Positions 54,704 to 64,000 of a stretch of DNA of 64,000 nucleotides are shown here, one piece after another. The notes below the pieces were generated by a model. It was not told the origin of the DNA, searched no databases, and saw only the letters and a list, made by a program, of their open reading frames with translations. A program made the translations under genes and the position numbers. The stretch comes from Octopus vulgaris (Eukaryota): positions 17,918,001-17,982,000 of the forward strand of contig OX597824.1 in NCBI GenBank assembly GCA_951406725.2. Direction: 5' to 3'. The stretch's first letter is position 1, and each line of letters opens with the position of its first letter.

Positions 54704-55959
54704 TATAACTTTTATTTCATTTTAGTATTAGTTAATTTCGTAGAAAAGAAATTGCATTATTGCTATAAGTAAACGTAACTTACTACGGTATATTACATTG
54801 ATTCATTGAGTGTGTTTTAGTTCAAATCTTATATTAAATCACTTAATAATTCGCATTTTCGCAGACGACAGAATCGTACTAAAATCGTAAGTCGTATGTT
54901 GTAACAAGCGATTATAGACAGATACACTTATACGTGTGTGTGTGTATGTGTGTGTGTGTGTGGATATTTATAATTGGTAAAAAGATAAAACAAATTATAG
55001 CTGTGTGTGTGTACAATGCGCGCGCGAGTTAGCGCGGGAGAGAGACTGGGGTGCAGACAGTGGCAAAGAGAGGTGAGATATCGTTTGCATTGAAGGCATG
55101 TCGTTTGAAGTATACTTATTCACTAAGAAGAAACTAGAATGGTTTATTAATAGCGAATGCGTTTCCTTTGGGAGTATAACGGTCCGAGGCAATGCCTTGG
55201 CGAAACAGTAAGAACATGGGACCAAATACCTTGTGCTATTTGAGATGTTCATTTGTGTTGAGCATAAATGGCACCACAACATAATTGGTTGATGCCCTTA
55301 ACCCACCGTCCGTTTTAAGACCACTAGATGACACCTTGCACACCTTAATGATGTTAAATCTATCGTAAGTATTCGGGCATTGTTTGAGCAGTTTCTGCCA
55401 TCCTATCTATAATACCATATAAGGTTCGATAGGTCTGCCTTCCATCCTGCCTAAAGGACAAAACGTAAGTTAAAGAAAAAGGCTGTAATGATAAATAATT
55501 AAAAATAATGTGGATAGATTTCAAAACTCCGTGATATCCTGTAATATTAGATTTATGTGACACAAAATTTACTTAACCTAAGTTGTTGTAAATAGGTTCA
55601 TAGACTAAACTTAGAAGAATTCGCATATAAATTTACATATAACATTACTTATTAATCTGCACGGCATAACTATGTCATGTACTCGTTCAAATTTATCAGC
55701 AATGCAGTATTTGTAGAACGTCCGGTTCCTATTTGGTGCGTGACATTTGTCTGAATATTTTGCACTTTTCTGTCATAAAATTTTACTCCCTGTAAGATAC
55801 TGGAAACCCATAATATATTATAGCCCCTGAAGTACCTTAAATTTACACCAAATGGATTTCTGAGTATTGCTCTTCTTTGGCACAATCAAGACGCAAACAG
55901 CCATATTTAGCGTAATGATATCAACGGCTTCATTAAGATTCAAGTTCAAACCTGTTCAG

Positions 55960-56762
55960 ATGCGACAATGGATTCCTCACAAACTTTCCCAGTCAAATTG
56001 CACGCAGAGAGTGAATGTTTGCTCTTCTTTACAGTCACATCTCACTAATGAACCATTTTTAGGCAGTATAGTAACTGGTGACGAGAAATGGGTTCTCTAT
56101 AAAAATGTCAAGCGCCGAAGATAGCGAGTAGGGAAAGGAGAAACACTGGCATGCCAGGCTAAATAAGGTCTTCACCCACGTATGTTGTTATCTTTTGGTG
56201 GGATGTGAAATGTTTAGTCTACTTTGAACTTTTAAACTCAAACCGAACTATAACAAAGGAGATCTGCTGCGAGCAGTTTGAGTGGCTTAAGTGAGCGTTC
56301 GAAGAGAAACGACCATCTTTGGTTTCAAGATGAAAGGTGTTCTTCCATCAGGATAATGCGCGGCCACATACAGCGAGGAGGAAATTCGAAAGGTTGGAGC
56401 AGTTTAAATTGGAAACGATGCCTCACCCACCATATTCGCCAGACATTGCCCCATTTGATTAACATTTATTCTACTGTCTTCAAAATCATTTAGACGGAAA
56501 ACATATGAATTCCGTAAGGAGTATTCTTCGTCATGGACAAATGAATTTTGAAAGAGGAGCCTTGCAAGTCTAGCTGATAGATGGATGAGCACTGTAGAAA
56601 ATGAAGGAGAATATGTTTTAGATTTTATAAAAATCTGTTTATCTTAAGTTTGAAAAAATAAAGAAATATTATAAAAGAATATTATAAAATATTATAAAAG
56701 GGGCTATAATACATTATGGGTTTTCAGTAACGGGGAGTAAAATTATTTATGGGATGACCCAA
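55960..56762 (+). pseudogene. Second degenerate mariner, same family, 5' part missing
   Basis: WIPHKL, IVTGDEKW, HQDNARPH, HPPYSPDIAP; TIR-like tttatgggatgacccaa. Confidence 0.9.
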
Positions 56763-56769
56763 CACATAC

Positions 56770-56957
56770 ACACAGATCAGTAGCCACTACACACATTTTT
56801 TTCTCTCCTTGTTTTCTTCTGTGTCCCTTTCTGTAGAAGAGCGTAGGCTCGAAACGTAAAAGACGTCTTCTATTCCTGAGCGTTATACTAATATAACTGT
56901 TTGTTTTGTACACCACGTGTCTTCGCCTTTTGTTTTGTTTTTTCGTGAACTCTCCCT
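56770..56957 (+). mobile_element. H1 hammerhead-bearing element (motif at 56827-56862)
   Basis: cttt-CTGTAGA-A-GAGC-gtag-GCTC-GAAA-CGTA-aaag; ends at (TA)n. Confidence 0.75.
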
Positions 56958-57289
56958 ATATATATATATATGTATGTATATATCATGATAATGTTTTATG
57001 TATATAAAGAGAGAGGAAACGATACCTTTATAATAAAACAGCGAATATATTTCTAGGAAAACAAACAGGAGAGAAGAGAGTGGGAGAAGAACAATAAAAG
57101 ATTATAATGAAATAATTAGTTTTATTGAAAGAGACATCGTCATTAATAGAAAGAAGAATGAGTGTGATTGAGACAGGGAAAAATCAATAGAGTTAGAGAA
57201 AGAGTGAGAAATAAAAGTGGGATGAAGGAGGGAACATTAAACAAAAGAATGGAATGAAATGTATTGGCGCTTACGCGAAAATGTTTCCT

Positions 57290-57830
<541 letters not shown>

Positions 57831-58395
57831 TCAAGGTATTGAGATTTTTATGTGCATATATGTGTATTGAGTTTTAGCACATGTTACATGTTAATAGGTG
57901 CGTTTGAGCATAGACAGCCATGTTTTACGACTTTCCACAATGTAGTGTTCTGTATTATTATTTATTTAATGAGGTACATATTTATTGTAGATCATTCCTT
58001 GTTTATTTTACTATTATATGTTGTTTTTTTTTAAAATATTCTTCATGAAGCAGATATAAGGAAGTGTATTTTACTTAACATAAAATGACATCGTTTGATC
58101 CCAGATTTTACAACTAACTCTCAAACGCTGTGTATAGTTGAATAACTACTTTAACAGTCATGAATTAAAATTGTTCTAGATTTTGAAATTATTTCAGAAA
58201 TATTCTAAAGTATTTCAACTATGTGAGCAGATCCAAAATGTTATACTTCAAATATTTTACTGAATTAGGGAAGGCGATCTTTACGAAAACAATGAATTTA
58301 TAAAATATACATATCTGCTTTATAATTGTTATAAAATCGCATATAGTTCTATTTAGCTCTCGTGAATTTGTATTTAAAAAATTCTCATACGTATA

Positions 58396-58880
<485 letters not shown>

Positions 58881-60058
58881 AAAAATATATATAAGGGCGG
58901 TTATAAGATAAATATGGATAATGAGGAAAAAGGCGTAAAAAGCGAATACATGTGACGAGAGATATAATCAGAGCGGGGGGGGAAATTAAATGAATGTGAA
59001 TGTTAGTCGTGAGATAGAAGGTAAGAAGTGAAAACAAGAGAAAACATTGGGAACATGATATTCTGGAAGAGAAAGAAATTAGTGTGAGACACGGTAAAAG
59101 TGAAGAGAAAAAAAGATATTAAGAGAAAGGGAACCGTTTATGGTTTAATAGTGAAGGGATATATTGAGACAGGCATACGGAGAAAAAGCGCTGTCAGAAA
59201 AAAGACAAATAGGCAATATGGTGGCTGCTAGAAGAAAAAAATGTTATAAAGTCATAAGGATGGATTGTTAGAAGTAAGTTGCAAAATATAATGAAAGGTA
59301 ACATTACGGAGAAAACCGTGAGCGAGAAAATGAATAATTCAGAGAGTAGGGCAGATTGAGCGAATGAAATGTTTCTTACAAGTGGGAAGATACATGGTGC
59401 TTGTAAGAAAGTGAAATATGTCATAATAACAAGATGACGAAGTGAAAAGCTGTTGTGACCATGACAGAATGCCAAAATGCCAAAGAAATGTCAGCGAGAT
59501 AGCAATAGCGATGACAGTTTGATGGGCAACAATGTGGACAAGATGGCGTAGTGTTGACGAAGGAGGCGCCGAATTAGATACCACAAACCTATATGTTAGA
59601 GGTTAATACTTATGGCGTCACATACTCGGAACTAAAAATAATTAGTTTTCACTCTGTTGTGTATACATTAATCTATTTTCTTCTTTGTTTTATTATAACA
59701 AAATTAATGATCACTATGGCTGTTGCTTACAAGTATGAATCAGACCAATCATCGGTTCACTGCATTTCTGAAAGTGGCAGAACCGATAGAGGCGAAGGCT
59801 GTACAATTCCGGCGCAAAAACTACCTAAGAAGGCAAATTTATTGGGAAGCTACGGCTTTTCGACTTTGGTATCGTAAATTACAACTCAAAATTGATATAC
59901 AGTGAGAAGATGCATACAATATTCTATGTATATACATACATAGAAAGAAAATTAGATTATAGGAAAGAAACGTAAATATATAAGTTCCATTAATTTATCT
60001 AGTATCGTTAAAAATAGATATAGAGTTACAGATTTAACTGCGGTGTGTCCTATAAATA

Positions 60059-60884
60059 CCGTAAATCCTCGAGTATAGTCCGCGCTTGAGCATAATACGC
60101 AGGGGATTTTTAGGGAGCGAAACCTTCTGCATTATACGCACACCTTCTCTAACTTGAGTCAAAAAGGTCTATATAACGTCCTTGGTTTGTAAAAAGGTCT
60201 ATGGTAACGTCCTTTATTATTATTGTATATATAACATAGTGCAAACGAGTAGCTATTTTGTGCATTTTGTTTGCAGGAAATAAAGAAATAACAGTTATAA
60301 CGTTTAGTAAATGTTGCTCACTGCAAGTTATGGATGATTCTTTTATGACTTCATTGCTTTCAGGCTTAGCTTAGGGTATTTTCGCGCCCGACATCACAAA
60401 ATGCGTCTGAATAAATATTACCGGGCAGCAAATAGAGACTCGGACATTGCTTAGAAAATAATTTTCATTTTTAACCTCGTATATACGTCCCCTGCCAAAT
60501 TCAAGATCACAACATACATGTACACTGCAACATAATTTCTTTTCCTCAACAGGCCCTGCCCTATTTAACATTGTCCCGAGGGAGATCAAAGAGGAAAAGG
60601 ATCCCATCAACTTCAAACAGAGTCTGGATGGATTCCTTCAAAGAATACCAGACAAGCCACCCATAATTGGATACAACTCACCCAACAAGAACTCACTACT
60701 TGAACAAAACTTGACTTAAACAGGATTCGAATAATCCTATCGGGTGGTGCTATTAAGTTAGACATGGCCTGGACCAATGTCTGGTCGAAACATATCTAAG
60801 TTTTATCTAAGTTTATAGTACGCACTAGGTATTTTGACCTTTGAATTTTGGGAAAAATTGCGGATTATACTCGAGAATTTACGG
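60059..60884. mobile_element. Tc2/pogo-like MITE
   Basis: 25-bp TIRs CCGTAAAT(C/T)CTCGAGTATA(G/A)TCCGC (23/25) with TA on both sides. Confidence 0.88.
60474..60813 (+). mobile_element. CR1/L2-group LINE 3' end nested in the MITE
   Basis: HNFFSSTGPALFNIVPREIK...FKQSLDGFLQRIPDKP; tail of duplicated tatctaagttt. Confidence 0.78.
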
Positions 60885-61471
60885 TACAAAAAATAGGAAG
60901 ATTTTGTATATTCTTACCAATCTATTGCGACCAGTTACGATATCAATTCTGACTTATTTAGAAAATATCGTATCAATACTTATAATATATAAATACGTTA
61001 TTTATACAAATTTTTTTAAACAAATTTTTATGCAGTCATATAAAAATTACATTCCGCAATAGAATACGATTGCTGATACATGCGTATGTGCATACAAATA
61101 ACCGAATGTATATGTAGCTATATCAACTACAAACATGTAGGTTATATAGCTACATGTATGCATACATGTATACGTGCGTGCACACAAAAATACACGCATA
61201 TATTCAAGAGATCTTTTCTTTATATTTTGTATCTTTTCATTTGTCTTGCTCACGTTCTGGCGTCTGCTGAATTTTCTTGAGAACAATCTTTCCTTAGTGG
61301 TCAGACCATTGGGGTCTACTTCTAGCATACTGGATGTCCACTTAGTGGTCAACCTTCTTATATGTATAAGGTAGATAAATATAGTTATGTGTACATATGT
61401 ACATCGTAAATGTAAAGGCACTATAAGTATCTGCTCTTAAATATATTAGTGTGTATATGTATACTCTTTTA

Positions 61472-61656
61472 CTCTTTTACTTGTTTCAGTCATTTGACTG
61501 CGGCCATGCTGGAGCACCGCCTTTAATCGAGCAACTCGACCCCGGGAGTTATTCTTTTGTAAGCCCAGTACTTATTCTTTCGGTCGCTTTTGCCGAACCG
61601 CTAAGTAACGGGGACATAAACACTAGGGGACAAACACAGACACACAAACACACACA

Positions 61657-61702
<46 letters not shown>

Positions 61703-61867
61703 TACGACGGGCTTCTTTCAGTTTCCGTCTACCAAATCCACTCACAAGGCTTTGGTCGGCCCGAGGGTATAGTAGAAGACATTTGCCCAAGGTGCCACGT
61801 AGTGGGACTGAACCCGGAACCATGTGGTTGGTAGACAAGCTACTTACCATACAGTCACTTCTGCGCC
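61472..61867 (-). mobile_element. Near full-length SINE-A
   Basis: Head, internal (TA)n(TG)n and tail present. Confidence 0.92.
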
Positions 61868-63194
61868 TGTATATATATCTATATCCCTCTTTATCTCCTT
61901 CAAACTTTGCGTGCGTTTGCAAATACACACACACACACACGCATATACACACACACTCACACGTACATATATACATACATATACATACATATATATATAC
62001 ACACAAAGAGAAAAACACCCACACGCATACACACACGCGCGCACAGAGACACATAGACTCACACGCACACACTTGAGTGCGCAACTAATTTATGCGCATT
62101 TTTATTAATACATGTCATTAAATGCCCAGTGGAATGTATTTATTTTTACACACACGATGACACACACGTACACATTTACTCCCACACCACCCACACACAC
62201 AAACTCACACGAACGCACACACTATCGGTATACACATCAAGGTGCGAAGTTCGTAAGAGCAAACTGTAGACATCTCGAAAATTCCATTCTCCGTACTGAA
62301 TTTGTCTTATAAGTTAATCATATTATTGCAGTAATACTTTCAGCATTGCCAGGGCTCATTCTATAGAATACATTTAAATTTCATTTTGGTTTATGGTAAA
62401 CCTTGCTGAATGTCTGTTTCCATAACAAAGAAATATCACTTTTGCAGAGCAAGTCTCAAAGTCAAGATTGCGTCAAATCATGTTAGGTTACGATAGAATA
62501 ACAATTTCCATATATCACACGACCGATGTTGAATGCATTAAGATTTTTGTAAAACATTTTTGTGGGACTTTTTCTCGTCTTCTTCAAAATAATTTTTATC
62601 AGTTCTTTGAACAACAGATTAATAACAATACAGATTTGATTAAATATTACTACTACAAATAATAATAATAATAATCATATTAAATTTTGACACAAGGCGA
62701 TTTCCGCACATGATATTTATTCTACGCTGGAGATAACTCCAGCTATCCCAGATTCATGACTACCATTACGCGTGATTTTGATCTTATTGTATCTCTTCGG
62801 TGGTGGGCACTGGTTTGTCAGGCATGGCAGTAGACTAACCTCGCTTGCAATACATAGGAAATACAGTGTCATAGAATCAGGATCTTGTAACTTGGAAACT
62901 AGTCTGTTAGAAACTACATTCGTTACAAATTCGCACACACACACACACGCACACACACACACACACACACTCACTCACACACACATACACACTGGAGCAC
63001 AATGAATGGGAAAGAAAACCAGATGCAAAGAGAAAAGAAATTAAATAAAATTAAAGTGTTTGCTTTGACTGCTATTCGAAGATGATGTAATGGTTTTGAA
63101 AAGAGATGATTATATAATACTTGTGTTTTCTTTCTAAGTGTACGTTCACAAGAACCTCTGTGTGTGTGTGCATGTGTATGTGTGTATGTGACTA

Positions 63195-63232
<38 letters not shown>

Positions 63233-63554
63233 CATGTGTATGTGTGTGGGAATGAGATTGCTTCTTTTTCTGTGTGTCCACGCATGTTGAGAACATGCTA
63301 AACTTAGACAAAGCTTTGAATTACCATTGAGATCGTATATGAAATATCATTCTTTAAACGTGACAGTTTGTTGTGTAAAAATATTAAACAAAAACCCGGC
63401 AGAAGACAATTCACGAAGACACAACATGGCGAAGGGAAACGGAGAAATGGCAGAAAAAGAATAAAATTTGGAAATAATCGTAGTAATAAACGTTTTAAGA
63501 ATAGTAACAACAGTAATAACAGTAATGAAAAAAAGCAGTAGCAACAAGGATAAT

Positions 63555-63586
63555 GATGGTAGTAGTAGTATTAATAGTAGTAGTAT

Positions 63587-63636
<50 letters not shown>

Positions 63637-63669
63637 ATGGTAGTGGTGGTTGTGGTGGTGGTGGTGGTG

Positions 63670-63705
<36 letters not shown>

Positions 63706-63720
63706 GGGGTAGTAGTAGTA
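63555..63720. repeat. (AGT)n/(GGT)n compound repeat
   Basis: Direct reading. Confidence 0.95.
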
Positions 63721-63783
63721 TATATATATATGTTGAGGTAAACCTATGAAAATACAGGGATTCTCGGGAGAGAAATGCATATG

Positions 63784-63822
<39 letters not shown>

Positions 63823-64000
63823 GTATATATGTATGTATATCTGTATGTATGTATATATATATATATATGTATGTATGTGTGTATGCATGGTTATATTTAT
63901 ATATACATATTTATATACACTTATATGTATATGTGCACATATATTTATATAGACTTACATGTATGTATATATTTATATACACATATATGTATATATGTAT

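Noticed and set aside
55015-55100. CpG-rich patch gcgcgcgcgagttagcgcggg as a promoter
   Set aside because: Too short, adjacent to a TG repeat, and without supporting core elements.

Overview
AT-rich eukaryotic DNA, apparently intronic or intergenic, saturated with microsatellites and retroposons. The SINE families and repeat landscape look like an octopod cephalopod (Octopus); this is inferred from recall, not from a database search. No host protein gene is recognisable by homology, and nearly all of the ORF track is translated microsatellite. Supported content: at least four tRNA-headed SINE families (A, B, C, D); a Tx1/L1-clade LINE 3' fragment with an intact 290-codon zf-RVT frame plus a second short copy; RTE, R4/Dong-like and CR1/L2-group LINE ends; a Penelope GIY-YIG remnant; two mariner relics; and a Tc2/pogo-like and a hAT-like MITE. 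The most notable observations are four. (1) A SINE-B tail matches the 3' end of the Tx1-like LINE at 36/41 nt, and both LINE copies sit at TAGATA sites. (2) About seven minimal hammerhead-ribozyme-like motifs lie in short Penelope-type elements anchored on (TA)n tracts. (3) One-headed, TSD-enclosed SINE-B multimers look as if they grew by self-targeted insertion. (4) A set of minus-strand candidate exons, including 13-nt and 28-nt microexons with strong splice signals, suggests a large unidentified host gene.
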